Positions 26,201-39,453 of a stretch of 64,000 nt of DNA are shown here, in pieces (position 1 is the stretch's first letter; each line of letters starts with the position of its first letter). The stretch lies in contig CM082583.2 of the NCBI GenBank assembly GCA_040954595.2, positions 11,111,656-11,175,655 on the forward strand. Direction: 5' to 3'. The DNA comes from Balanoglossus misakiensis (Eukaryota > Animalia > Hemichordata). The notes under the pieces were generated by a model, which saw only the letters and a program-made list of their open reading frames with translations, had not been told where the DNA came from and ran no database searches. The position numbers were made by a program, and so were the translations under genes.

Positions 26201-28959
26201 GCATCCAACTTCTAACGCTATTACCTTCTCGCAGAGGTCATGGGTCAAGCGAGAAGGTTTCAATACGTTGATTTATGCACCCACAGGCGCAGATAATAGC
26301 TTGAGAGTAGAAATATATTACCAAAACACGCTATTAAACCACGTTTCAAAAAACTAATGCGCTTGCTTTGCCTTGTTTGGAGTAGTCATAAAGTCCACTC
26401 TTACAAATTTGACATCTAAATATTTGTAGGGTCGCGGGAAAATTCCTACCAATTATGACGAAGAGTGCGGTTCTCTCGGGATCAATTTCAAGGTCGAAAA
26501 AATGTCACGCAAGAAGAAAACCCCAGACAAGGAATCTTCAAGGACATAGTCGCCGCTGAATCGCTGCGTGTCATTTAATATTCTGCTCCATAGATTGGAA
26601 TGACTCAATACCGGTGAACCGTTGAATATCGACGAAAATAAATGAATTACGTCGGTTAATTACTGGCCTAAAGTTACCTTTGTCAGAATGGCGCCGAGTC
26701 AGTGTCACTTCGGGTTTCCAGGTGCGACTGTCTCGTCTCACCGTGTCTCGCATTGAAATCCTTTGTTCCGGTCCATCTATCTCAATATCTCCGATCTTTT
26801 CTGCGTTTCTGGGCCCGAGTCGGATTCGGAAAGCGGAGGAACCAAATATGTGAACAAACGGTGGCAATTGGACACATCGGTGCTGTACTGCTCTTCGGCG
26901 CATTTGCTCACTGTGCCGTTTTAACTATCGATCGATAATCATAGAGTGCCACGTGAAGTGGGTGCTTGTGAAGACGAAGCGAGGCTTTCCGGTCGCGCAT
27001 AAATTGTCTGTATTCAAAGAAGTGACTGTCTGTGACCTTCGACCCCTGGTTTCATACACACCCTTGGAAATGTCCGCTACGGTAGCACCGAACATTAAGA
27101 ACATGCGAAGCAGGGATTTTCGAAAACGAGCCAAAATGCGCCGGTGTCTTTGCTAGTAACAGCATGAGTGTGTATGGAATAATACACAGGCATCTATAAA
27201 AGAATTTGCGGTTTAAAACCCCATTTAACGCTGCGAACGAAACACTTCAGCCATAACTTGAAACTTAACCATCTTACCACTTAACATTTTTGCGCTTGTT
27301 AGAACTACTCGATGCAGAGTATACCCCTCTGGCGTTTTGTAAACGCAGCTTTCGAGGCATTGGCGCCGATGTGGGATTCTTGTGATTAATACAGTTAATA
27401 ACTAGATATTGAAAATATTTTGATTTGATGCGGTTCGGTGGAGAGGAGACCATTGAAAAAATAGCTAAGCGTGTCGCGTGGAATGACCTCGGTTCCCAGG
27501 TTTAGCTAAAAATCGTTTCGCCGGAGGAGTGTGGTGTCTTACTACCAGTGTTTTTCGCTGTCACAGCTCCGTCTGATTTGGCAATATTCCTACGAGTCTT
27601 GGAGATTGCTCAATTAAATGCAATCAGAATGGCCCTGTTTAGTCTTTAAAATGTCGGAGCTATGCTGGGGATTAGGGGAGTAGACGGGCCGCGGTCATTT
27701 ACCCGTGGAATCAAACCACCGTGGCCAGGCAGACGTCAGCTCGATCGATCGATACGGCCACAGCGCAACAGTTACGGCTTTATATAATACTGCGCGATGT
27801 CATATATGCCAATTGAGTGAGTGATCGAATTCGGCAAATCTTTCATGCAGCTTAGTAGACGCGATACCACTTGATATCACAGGTAATATCAATAAAATTC
27901 AAAAGCAATGTTTGTGGTTAGGATTTATGAATCTACTGTGACTTCAGCTTGCAGACCGATCACGCACCGACCTCATTTAATCGGCAGACTGAGACCGTCC
28001 ACTCCACAGACTCTGATCGCTGACTACAGCGGGAAAAGTGCGATCAATCTCCCGCGCAGAGCAAATATTTCGATGGCACTTCCATCACCAGAATAAAAAT
28101 AAAATACTGTGCTCTTAATTATGACAAATGGTTTATTCTAATTATATTCTTGAGGTCCTTATACTTTGAGTACAAGTATTTGCAACGCTACATGTTGGTG
28201 TAGGCTGGTTATTGTCGGAAGAGATGTTTAGCATTCGACATGAATGCAAATATGAAACATTAAAAATGGGAAATCTGAAGGTTTTCTTTATTCGCACTCA
28301 AAACATATATCCATGGCAACGTGGGCGATTGCCAACACTCAACTCGCGCAGATCATTGCTCGCGTTATACCGAACCTTGCTTATTTAACCCCGGTGCACG
28401 GCCTGTCTTTTTCCAAGCAGGCCACGCGTTCCGGAATAGGGTAAATCGGAGTGGTTCAAAAATAACCACCCTCTCTTCCGGTAATCAGAGACCGAGCTCG
28501 CTTTCTTTCCCCCTCGCGTGCAACTCGGAGAACCCTTGAAAGTTGTAAATCGGGGACAGCTCCGACAGCTGCGTTATCTGTCACGTGTTTGTGGCATGCG
28601 ATTTATCATAGTTATAGCTACCAAGAGAAATGAACAGCCAAGTAAAGTTACAGGTCTCTTAGGTATATCAAGATATAGTCGATCGACTTGAGGAATGTCA
28701 TGGGAAAAAATGTCAAGCAAATGGCCACATGAACGCCGACTTTGACCTACAGCATGCATTCATGTTAGTATGTATTTCTATAATAGTAATTAAATGCCTT
28801 CTGCTATTTTATTCCACAGAGGACACATACAGTAAAGAAACTGTGGTTGACAATCAACAAGTTCTTGTAAAAATCATGGACACAGCAAACCAGGTAACTC
28901 TATTGTACTGTCATTTTATGAAGTGGTGGTTGTGGTGGTGGTGGTGATGATGATGGTGG

Positions 28960-29024
<65 letters not shown>

Positions 29025-29031
29025 GTGATGG

Positions 29032-29113
<82 letters not shown>

Positions 29114-31682
29114 ATTTGCTTTTCCACGGTTGTCAAGGCGAACATCAACGAATTCGAAGATAGAAGCACGGACAGATATCTGAATTGGGCAGACGCGTTC
29201 ATCGTTGTGTACAGTATCGACAACAGGCATTCCTTCGACGAAGCCAAAACATTCCTGCAGGAAGTTTCTGATCACCAGAAAGTCAGTTCACTCGAAAAAC
29301 CAATCCTTCTGCTTGGCAACAAAGTGGACATGCAAAGATACAGGTAAGTGAGGGCGACATGCGAAAGTTCGAATCCTAACGACCCCACTTCCGGTTTAAA
29401 CTGGAGTAGCAATACGGCGACATTTCAGGCGCACGAAATATACCTCGTATAATGTTATAGCCGCTTTTATTTTCTTGTCTGACGTGTAATCAAATTCAAA
29501 ACGAGCGACTGGGATAGTTGGAATTAAAATTTATATGTTTGTTCCCATATTTATGCCGTTCCATCCAAGAACTATTTGTCTGATCATTTGTCCAATGGTG
29601 TGTTTATGTTCCTCTCGCCACAAAATCAAAACGAGAAAACAATGAGGGACATGGCCGGTCCTTGCCTTCTGGTGGGCACTTGGTGTCAGAGACCGGCCCG
29701 ACTGGGGCAACTAAAGCACGTGGCCTCGTCGGTGACTGGCCGATAACACTACGCAAATTTTACGAAATGAAGATAATGATAAAGACATAATCACTGTTTA
29801 ATGTTTGTTTTGCGACAACACGTGACGAGTTATAGCCTCCTCGAATAATCATTTATCGGTAATCGTACGTGCGGTTGCGATGGTGAGTCTCTGTGTTATT
29901 TACAAGCAGTCGATGTGCTGTTTCGCCATTTTTTGCCGGACCGGTGAGAAAAGAGCGACAGGAATATGTTGAAATGCCTATTTGTTAACTAATTCCGAGA
30001 TTTTTCTGACCCAATTCCTCGTCTGCATTTGGACTTAAATAATTTTATATCATGTACCAGAGTCTCTCGGGTTGACTATATACATGTCACTCTAGCGACG
30101 GCAAACACCAGCTGGCCCTTCCGAGAGGACATCGCAGTAAATATGTCAGATTCCTCTGTGCTTCGAATTCATTTTATGCCTCGACAAGATGGATTTTTTG
30201 AGTTTAACGAACTCGGATCGTCCCAAAACTCAATCGATGACGTCGTTTGTTTGGTTTGTGTATACGAAACAACCAAAGACAGACAGAAAGACAAACAGAC
30301 GAGCAGCAACAACAACAACAATTGCAAATTATATTCTACGCCACAACTGACAACCAACTGCATATTCTATATTCGTTGGATTTCAAGGGACCTTTGTAAG
30401 AATGCACGCCAGAATACGTGAGAGACAGGCCGTAAATCCACAGAGACGTAATTTTGTGAAGTCGGGGCTTGCTGACACAATAGATAAGGATTCACATCTG
30501 TTACCAGTAAATCAATTCCATAGTCACCGTTGGGGTTGTTGAATGTCCGTCTCCGCGGGTCAGAGGCCGGGGACAGCTTACAGAAAACACTAGTAAAACC
30601 ACCGGGTTTCTACACTCCTGGGTTATCATATTATTAATCCTTTCAGGGCATTAAAATGATCCGAAAACATAAAACCAACTTTACTTCAAACTATCGGGTT
30701 TCTTATGATACGACACGTCTGTAAATAAAAGCGCCTGTGAAAACAAGCTGAGTGAACAGCTTGGCGGATTGATCCGAGTCACGAGTTGTGGAACTGGAGT
30801 ACATTCCTCTTTCTTTGTTTCTTGTTCATATCCCCGTTTTTTCTCGGTTTCTCAGGCGCAGAAAGTCACGCCTCGCGATCACTCAATCCTTCCCATAATC
30901 CAATACATTTACAAACTGTGATGAGTCTGGTTTGCTTCTTTTGTTTTGCGTTTACCTGTGCACGCAGGTGTCGTTCGGTGTTTGTAGTACTGTTTGGAAT
31001 TTTCTTGGGGGGGGGGGGGGGTCGAGGATACTCTGCCGTTGCCGGCCAGCTACTAATCAGAGTTGGGCTTGTTTATGGTCTGTTTAAATCTGAACCCAGG
31101 TGTTCGGGCTGATTGATGGCCGGAATCAACATTGGCAGTGCGAACGGCGAATCCTCAAGGATTCTGCCGGAGATATATCGCCAGAACCTGCTTGCTTTGG
31201 GCATAGTGGTGCCCGTGATTTATACCGTACGATAACACGGGTGCACGTCTACGTTGTAAAGCACATTGATATTTACAGCTGTAGGCCATGCCAAGACAAC
31301 AAAGCTTCCGTGGGTATGTATTAACTCTCCGCGATTTTAAAATTTATTTTCCTTCTTTGACAGACAAGTCAGCAAAACAGAAGGCAACAGCCTCTCGCAG
31401 CAGTTCGCGTGTAAATTCCACGAGTCGTCGGCCGCCGGGGGCTACGAACAGGTAGAGCGAGTCTTCCTGGACGCCGTGCGGGAAATCCGCGACGAGGCCG
31501 AACGACACAAGCCGCTAAAGCCGCTTTTCATCAGCGACGAAGACAAACCGGCGGTCCCGAGCCCTTCCGCCACCAGCAAAGAACCACGCACGAAGAGTCA
31601 CCTGCTGCCGGCTAAACCAAAGACACTGCACACAAAGAGGACTGGAACGACTTTCAAAATATTCAACAAGATCTTTAACTGA
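14229..31682 (+). CDS. RASL12: Ras-like protein family member 12 (RERG/RASL11/RASL12 group small GTPase), 253 aa, 5 coding exons
   Basis: Exons 14229-14334, 15973-16029, 28820-28893, 29138-29343, 31364-31682; all GT-AG and phase-compatible (762 nt). Product: G1 GSLGVGKS, ALTVKFLTKRFINEYDPNLEDTY, G3 DTANQ, RYLNWADAFIVVYSID, G4 GNKVD, G5 ESSA, PLFIS, C-terminal FKIF. These match RASL12 motifs as I recall them (ALTVKFLTKRFISEYDPNLEDTY, RYLNWA, RPLFIS, GFKIF). Confidence 0.93.
14735..14790. repeat. (CA)n/(CAC)n microsatellite in RASL12 intron 1
   Basis: C-run followed by cacacaca...caccaccacc...cacacaca. Confidence 0.9.
17430..17519. repeat. GA-rich polypurine tract
   Basis: ~90 nt of almost pure G/A, (GA)n interrupted by G-runs. 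Confidence 0.9.
18149..18244. repeat. poly-G plus GA-rich low-complexity tract
   Basis: G-run followed by a degenerate (GA)n. Confidence 0.8.
28923..29113. repeat. (GGT)n/(GAT)n trinucleotide microsatellite filling most of RASL12 intron 3
   Basis: gtggtggttgtggtgg followed by >50 GAT units with a few GGT interruptions. Confidence 0.98.
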
Positions 31683-32377
31683 TCTGACCAACCGATCCAC
31701 ATTTACGCGACGATTGGTGTACAGGTGAAGACACCTGTAAACCGCAGCGGACACATTTAAAAAGTGCATCAGCAAATGTGGTTGAGGGCGCTACAGTGTG
31801 ATCATCCGCCGCTGTGTTAGCATATAAATGACTGATATATATTGAATGAGAATGAAGAAGTTTTACTTGAATCAAAACTTGACTCCTTAGGGGAAAAATA
31901 AAATACTCCAACAGTAGCTGATTAATATAGTATTGTGGATAAGGGTGTTGTGTTTTGAGACTGAAGAAAATATAGCTTTGGTGAATGCAAGATAAACATT
32001 GTGATTATTATTTTCGGTTGATATACGGAATTGAAGCTTTTATCCAGAGCGACGGTACGGATGTGAGAGAAAGTGTGGACTGTTAAGAAACAGAAACCTC
32101 GGAACAGCTTCAGATTTACAGATGGTCAAATTTACTTCGTTATAGCATAGACAGGGGAGGGGAACTCAACTATGTTGGCGTGATGCGTTGGAATTGACTG
32201 GCAGCACAGTGAACGTAGAAGCGAAACTTGTTATTTTAATAAACTGTTTTAGCGGCGGTGGGCCACTTCTGTTCCGCCGAAGAATGATTCGTTAGCTTGT
32301 AGATACAAAGTACACGCAATGATTAGAGAGTAGAAGTCTATGATATGAGCTGAGAGAGGGTGTCAGGTCAGGTGAGG

Positions 32378-32407
<30 letters not shown>
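32378..32407. repeat. (GACA)n microsatellite
   Basis: gacagacagacagacagacagacagacagac. Confidence 0.9.
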
Positions 32408-32408
<1 letters not shown>

Positions 32409-33959
32409 TGAGTTTGCGCTAGTATATCCACCCACGAAATGTCATTTAGAAGTTTGTAGAGAATAAACGAAGTATTCAATTAAAATGTGTTTAAGTGTTA
32501 CTTTGTACAATTATGTGAGAGAATAGAGAGTCGGACATAGCCGAAAACTGTCATCAGTGTCTTTAGAGGGCGCTGCCATGTACTTTACGGTTACCCAGCG
32601 GAAGAAGCAAAGTGGTCTGGGTAACCGAGACTATCTTGAAACCCAGTCTGGTCCCCTGCCCCACTCCCACCGCTGGCTGCGCTACGCTAAAAGGAAGGGG
32701 TCGATAAATCGATATTTAAAACAGCTGTTTTCGCATGTGTTTATGACGCAATTTGTTGCGGATACTTTGACATGCAGGTCAACCTAATAACCCTTACAGA
32801 GAGGGCATAATTTATCAGCTACTGGGGTTTCCGACCTTGTTACCGGCCTTCCCCAGGTATAAACAGACAGTATGCAATTACCTACTATCCTGGCGATTTT
32901 TGTATAACATCATTCATCATTGAATTATACATAAAATTGTCACCCTTTTATAACAGACAAATGTCATTTTTGTTTGTTCTGGGCACTAAGTCTAGGTTCG
33001 AATCCTATAAAATACAAATAGATCAACAGTGTGGTTTGACTGTTCTAGTGATTAAACTCCCAGGATGTAAAGGTTACACAGGTGTCATGGCACCGACAGA
33101 CAGTGGCCTGATTATGTGATTGCCAACGAGTTGTTTTGCAAAACAGCATCGTTTGTTTTTGGATCTCGAGCTGTGAAGGTCACCTCGACCTTGACAGCAG
33201 TTTCCTCCTCTAAACCTTTGGATACTTCAATCAGTTTTATTATTCGTGGCTCTCACAGCAACATGTAATATCTAGCCTTCTTTTTTAAAAGTGTTTACCG
33301 GTAGTCAAACTGAAATAACGTCAGAGTTGTCTTGGCAACTGCCCTTATAGCCGGCCACACCAGAGATATGATTGCGTGGGTCTGTTATGAGTGCAATACC
33401 TGTCTGCAAAATAATCTAGAGCGGTTCTGGTGCCTGGCCCGTCACAGAATCGGTCTGTGCATAGCACAGATGTCACATTTTCAAACAACACAATTACACT
33501 ATCAAATAGAAGATAAAGCTTATCTATTACCAAGCTGCTTCTCTTTTCGGGATGCCTCAGCTATCGTTCTTTGACCTTTGCGGTGGGGGAAATGATGTAA
33601 GGCGCGTGTTCTATTCGCAGCACGCGATCATATGTGTTGGGGTTTTGCTCGTTTAACCTTTTCTGTCTTTTCGGAGTGGTGCACCTTTTCATAGCCATAG
33701 CTGTAAACTTACTAACAATTGGCTTCTGCATTATATTTTATGTAAATGTGCACTGTCGAAAGGCCTAGGTCCGGCCCGTCACCCACTTTATGCGTCGGTG
33801 TGCAAATAGACAGAAAAGGAAAAAAAAGTTTGGCTGTGACGTCAGAATACTGTGTGTACAAATCCTGGGCATCGGCGTATGGTATTGAGACCTGGGGGAA
33901 CGTGTCAGCTATCAGTATCTTAAAGAGTGACGCGAGCCGTTTGCCTGTCCTGTACGGCA

Positions 33960-36900
33960 ATGGCTCCCGTTGAAGGAGTCCCTCGGCCAGCTGGCAAGAC
34001 TTCTCCCCATCACGGGAGGGTGGAACAGCCACCACCGGACGGCGGCTGGGGGTGGATGGTGATGATTGCAAACTTCGTGTCCGTGGTCCTTTCGCGTGGC
34101 GTGGGGACTTCCATGTCGATTTTCTTCGTCGAGTTCCTGCGTTATTTCGACTCAACGGCAGCTGAGACGTCGTGGATCGTTTCTGCAAACCAGGCAGCTC
34201 TTTTCGCCGCAGGTAAGATTAACCACAGACTTGACAGTCATGATATTGTGTGGACAAAATAAAATGTAATTTTTAAATTAAGTGCTTTCAAGGTTGCTGC
34301 ACAGTGGGATTTAAAATAGAATTCTTGCATTTGGTCAAGAAACAATTTTACTATTATTACATTGACATTTTGACTGTGGATGTAAACAAGACGATTGGTA
34401 TCCCTAGCTAGGAAAGAACTGTGTTTAGATTGTGGTTATCAACCTGCAAGAGTACATGTATTAGTTTCATAGACCCTCTGCAACAACATATCGCCCCGCA
34501 CCTCTACCTTTAATACATCTGCACGCAACCGTCTGTCGCACCGCCGCTGAATCAGACGTTCAGACAATCTATCAAACAATCAATGGTGCCGTTCCCATTG
34601 TTCCACGAGGACTGCTGACAGTTTTGCGATAGAGGCAAGGTACAGTACAAGCCAGACAATGACCGACAAATCAAATGCTACAGTTATTATACAAATACTC
34701 CGAAGGGCCCACGTTATTTTCTCCAACCGATAACGAAAACCGGCTTATACTGGATCGCCAAGACGTTATCGCCAAGGAACACGCAGAAAAGTTAAATAAA
34801 AAAAACGTTCTTTTAGTCCAGAACATGTTTTTTTTCCGTTTTTGCTCATTCACACAGGCTAGGTTATAAACTAGCATTCTTTCGGCGTCAGTTTTTTTTA
34901 TACTTAAAGCCCCAATAACTGCCAATTTTAGCATACTGTAAACCCCTTTGATTTATCGACACGACTGGTGGCTGGCTGGAACCATGCTGGAACTAATTTA
35001 CATCGACGTTAACAACCACTACTACTTTGACAGAATTGATTTTAGCATGGTATTAATTATTATATTATTTATGTTTTCCTCCGCTATATACAGGTCCATT
35101 TGCTAGTCTTCTGTGTAAGAGATTCGGCATACGCCCTGTGGCTATGTTTGGAGGCGTGCTGGCGTTCTTCTCGTTCATCGCCAGCGTGTTCGGAACAAGT
35201 ACGACGTATCTGTGCATCAGTTTTGGAATCATAGGTATTGAAATCGATGGTGTTTACCCATCCTTCGTCGATTGTGCTAAAATAAAACTCACTGCCATGT
35301 ATATGCATTCCTGTATTCGTTCGAACAGATATGTCCGGGTTACCTTTAGCATACATGATACTTAACTGCAGACAAACTCCTGGGGGATTGAAACATTCTA
35401 ATATTGTAGAAGAAAGCGAGCGAGGGTCCATAATTATGTGTGAATAGAGAATGATTCTCCAGACTGAAGATAATCATTTTAGGTAGCTACCGGGGAAGGA
35501 CTCGCCATGCTCTATCAATGTATTGAGCGATAATGCGCAGAGTTGTAGGCCTGGGAAGAGTTTTGAAGATGAAGACGACCCAAGTTCTGGAAGGCTCCGA
35601 GTCGCCGCGGCAGAGGGTCCACGATGTGCTACTGACGTGCCGATGATCGGAACGTTGACAGTACAGCATGTGCATTTAGCAGGAAGGAAATCATCCCTCC
35701 ATCACAGGCATGATCTGTCAATGATCCAGAGGCGTCCCATGCGCGACCAGAAGCACTTCAGACGCTGACTGTCACATCGAACGACTTAGTCTTTTTTGAA
35801 ACCAGTCCAGTGATGACTTGGGTGCGACTTCTGACGTCGATGATGCCATGGGAGGTCATTCGTGGAAGAGTTTTGGAAGACCAAAGTGAGAAATTCTGCG
35901 AGACGCTGAGACACAATCGTTTGCCGAAGGCCCGAAGCGCATTTGTACGGATTCGATCGTCTGCTGGTCACATCTTCCTTCGTCGGTTCAAAACTTATCA
36001 TTACACCACCGTAAACCATGCAGGTTAAATGATTCCCATCCTCTTTGTTTATGTACTTTGATTTTGTCATCGAAATAAATTATCTTTTTTTATCCGGATA
36101 AACGAGTTCAAAAATATTCTCGCTCAGAATAATTCCTGTGCTTCAACTGGATGATGTTGAGGTATGGTTACATTAAGTATTAGGATGCCCATTGTCGTCC
36201 CTAGAATTGAACTTGAAGTAAAATGGCCCTAATGCAAAGTCACCATCCCCACCACTATATTATTATTATTACTAGGGCCCTTTTTTATTTCTAAGTCAAC
36301 GCCCAATGAGTAGTTGTGACTTTTAATGTTTGATTAGTCACGTGACCTGGTGGACATATTGCATTTTCTTAAAACCTTAGAATGTCTTCTCAAAAACTAT
36401 AGGGCCAATCAAGTTATATTATTATTATTACACAGGTTTGGCATTTGGACTATACGAGGTACCGGCGTTCATATGTCTTGGACAGTATTTCAAGAAGCGG
36501 CATACGACAGCCATGGGCTTTGTGTTAACTGGACTTGGACTGGGATTTTTCATTCTTCCACCACTGACCGCCATTCTCATTGAACACTATGGCTGGAAAG
36601 GTACCCTCATGATACTGGGGGCTCTGTCAGCCAATCTTTGCGCTTGCGCAGCACTGCTCAGGCCGCTGAATCTGATCCCTGACACCAGCAAAGAAGAATT
36701 ATCCGATTTTCACAAGACCAGTGACACTGTTGAACCAGACGATGGCGGTGATACCGATGATGGTGATGACGACGGGCTTAAGAAGATAAAACACGACAAA
36801 TCTCAAAATTCCACAACAAAGCAGAATGGAACCGTGGGTACCATCGACTCAAAAGTTGTTCTGAAAAATGGAGATTTTCGGGTAGAAATCGAAAAGGCCG

Positions 36901-37964
36901 AGGAAGCAGAAACGCATCGGCAATCGAAGGAATGTTTCGCCGTCGCACTTTGTAGAGATGTACCAATCCTGCCAGTTTTTCTCCTGTACTTTTTCTTCTA
37001 CGGACTGGGACAGAGCGTCATGATGTGCCACTTGGTGAGCAAGGCCATCGGATCGGGCATCAGTGCGGTGAAATCTACCTTCTTGATCTCCATCATGGGC
37101 GTGTTCTCTGCCTTGGGATGTTTATCCTCGGGGATGCTCATCGACTTCATCGGTATCGTCGAGGGCCGGCTCTACATCCACTCTCTGGCCCTCGCCACCT
37201 TTGGACTGGTCACTCTACTGACGTCATTCACTGCCAATTACGGCATGCTGGTCACTCTGTCCGTCATGGCGGGATTGTCGCGCGGTGTCATGGGCACTCT
37301 GGACCCGGTCATCTCCAAGCAAATCGGGGGCGTGAAGAGGTTTGGCGAAGTTTATGGTCTCGTCTTGTTCTTCTATGGGGTTGGCTTCCTGCTTGGTGGA
37401 CCCATTTCAGGTGAGTTTTGATGGACGTGAGGTGCTCAATTTTGGCCTTGGTTACGCACCATTATTTTTAAGTTGTTGCAGCTTTTTTTATCGGCACCCA
37501 TGGTAACATTCGCATAAACCGTCGGTGATTTATGGTTTGCTATTGTCACTTGAACAAATATGATAAATCCTTGAAAAGATTAGTAATCTCCCGCTAATCA
37601 CTTTATAGTGGCACTTGAAGGTTTTTGCGGTTACACATTAGATAAGAAGGAAACAATGGTCGATTTTTTTCAAAAACGAACGGTTTAAATTGCCTCACAA
37701 TGTTCAGTTCAATATGCCCTAACTCCAAAGTTGATAGGCGCGTGTGAAAAAATAATTATAACTTTTTTCTGTTTTATTTTCTCACTGATAGGTCATTTTT
37801 ATGACACGACTGGATCGTACGAACTCTCCTTCCACTCGGCTGGCATTTGTATGGTGGTGGCGTCTTTGCTTATTCCGATGTACTCGATTTACGACCGACT
37901 GAAGTGGAAAATCTTCTCCAGGGTGAAAACTCTGACGAAGAAGGCAGATGCGGTGGATTATTAA
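33960..37964 (+). CDS. SLC16 monocarboxylate-transporter family MFS protein (MCT12-like), ~513 aa, 4 coding exons
   Basis: Exons 33960-34212, 35094-35234, 36436-37410, 37792-37964; GT-AG, all phase 1 (1542 nt). SLC16 signatures PPDGGWGW, SIFFVEF, QYFKKR, YGWKG and YDTTGSY; long acidic central loop between two hydrophobic halves. Confidence 0.92.
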
Positions 37965-38485
37965 ACCCCGACGATCGCCTTATGCGCATGTGCGTAATTT
38001 CGTGCGTACAAACATTACATCCAATCCAGATGTTCTGCTAATATAGTGGACTTGGACTACCTTCGCTTCCTTCAATTTTTCATGCACACCGTTTAAAAGA
38101 CTTAAGTTTTGCCCCTCCTTTCACCCAATTTACTGTCTTTTCCCGATCTCCGACACAGACTATGGTCGCTGCCATCGTCTGTTAGGACAGCACACTGCCT
38201 TTAGCTTTCGCATTGACTGTATACAATTTTTGTAACCAGAGTCTCTGGTTTAGCACATGCGCATAAGACCATTGTGGCCCTTTAATTGTTGGGCTGAGAG
38301 ATCGTTTCTCCCGTGGAGAAAACAATCATTTTCTTCAAGTTAGAAAGACTGAGTCCAGGCTGGACTGAGTCGATTGTTAGGAACTGAATGCTGGACCGAC
38401 GGCGTCACTGTTGGCAGTCATCAAAACAAATAGAATTTTTGGCCTCTGTGATATAATCTTCTAAATCCCTGGATCTTTAGCTTAA

Positions 38486-38659
38486 AGGTATACGGTCACC
38501 TATACAAATTTAGCCACAGTTACCATGGTAAATCGAGATCTAACCAATCACAGATTTTCAGTGGGTGGCACACGCGAAAATAAAGCGTTCTTTAGAACAC
38601 TCAAATACGCCATTTCAACTATATATGGCGATATGTAAATTGGAGGTGACCGTATACCT
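38486..38659. mobile_element. 174-bp MITE with 16-bp TIRs and TTAA target-site duplication (Kolobok-like)
   Basis: TTAA|AGGTATACGGTCACCT ... AGGTGACCGTATACCT|TTAA: perfect 16-bp inverted termini with TTAA at 38482-38485 and 38660-38663. A TTAA TSD with purine-purine (AG) ends fits Kolobok better than piggyBac (CC ends). Confidence 0.88.
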
Positions 38660-39447
38660 TTAACCGTTGACCCTACTCTTGTGTACAATCAATCCGTTTC
38701 ACTTTCTTATCAAACTGCACTGACAAAATAATCGATGGTCAGTACATTCCTTCTGTGCAGCTCAAACAGTTTTCAATATAAATGCCACTGCAACTTTTGG
38801 GATTTTGTTTTTTGGGGGAGATACTGTAATTACAAATCCGATCCGTTGATATGTGCCCAAGAATTGGGCGTTTTCTTTACACGCAACAATTGGCAGAGGA
38901 ATATAACACTGCTGCATGTATACTGCTTGAATCAAGTTGTACGGGTATAGCATCTGAAATACTCAATTCTTGTGCTGTATGTTTTTGACCAGGCTGAAAT
39001 TCCTGTATACGTGGGAGGTGCATGTGTATGTGTGATGGATTATCAATAAAGGTTTCCAATTTTGACAATGTGCAGTTTTTCAGTGAGTTGTTTGTGTTTG
39101 TGTTCGCGCGCAAAAATTACTGCTTGTGTGAACGCGTGTTGGCATCGCCCGTAATGCACTGAGATGGTATAATCTTTTTGATGGCAATCTGTAATTGCCA
39201 ACCTCTTGACGAGATGTGGTTGCCAGTCACGGATGTCAGTATCGTATCTACACATGACAACGAGTTTAAATAAAAATCGTAAATCACGCATCTCCAATGT
39301 CAGAAATGTCTGGAGACAGACTGAACATGTCCCCCACTTTACTGTCTATTGTTTGAACTTTGCCCGTTTAGTTTGTTGTAACTGACAGCTATAGCGTCTA
39401 AAACAATGAATACTGAAGTACCTCAAAAATTAAACTCTGATCATCAA

Positions 39448-39453
39448 TTTATT
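39448..39453 (-). terminator. Candidate poly(A) signal for ZFR
   Basis: TTTATT on + (AATAAA on -), ~670 nt downstream of the ZFR stop. Confidence 0.45.

Noticed and set aside
28900-29275. Poly-Ser, poly-Ile and poly-Met ORFs
   Set aside because: Translations of the intronic (GAT)n microsatellite. The upstream AAG at 28923 would need an implausibly short 30-nt intron to create a poly-Asp exon.
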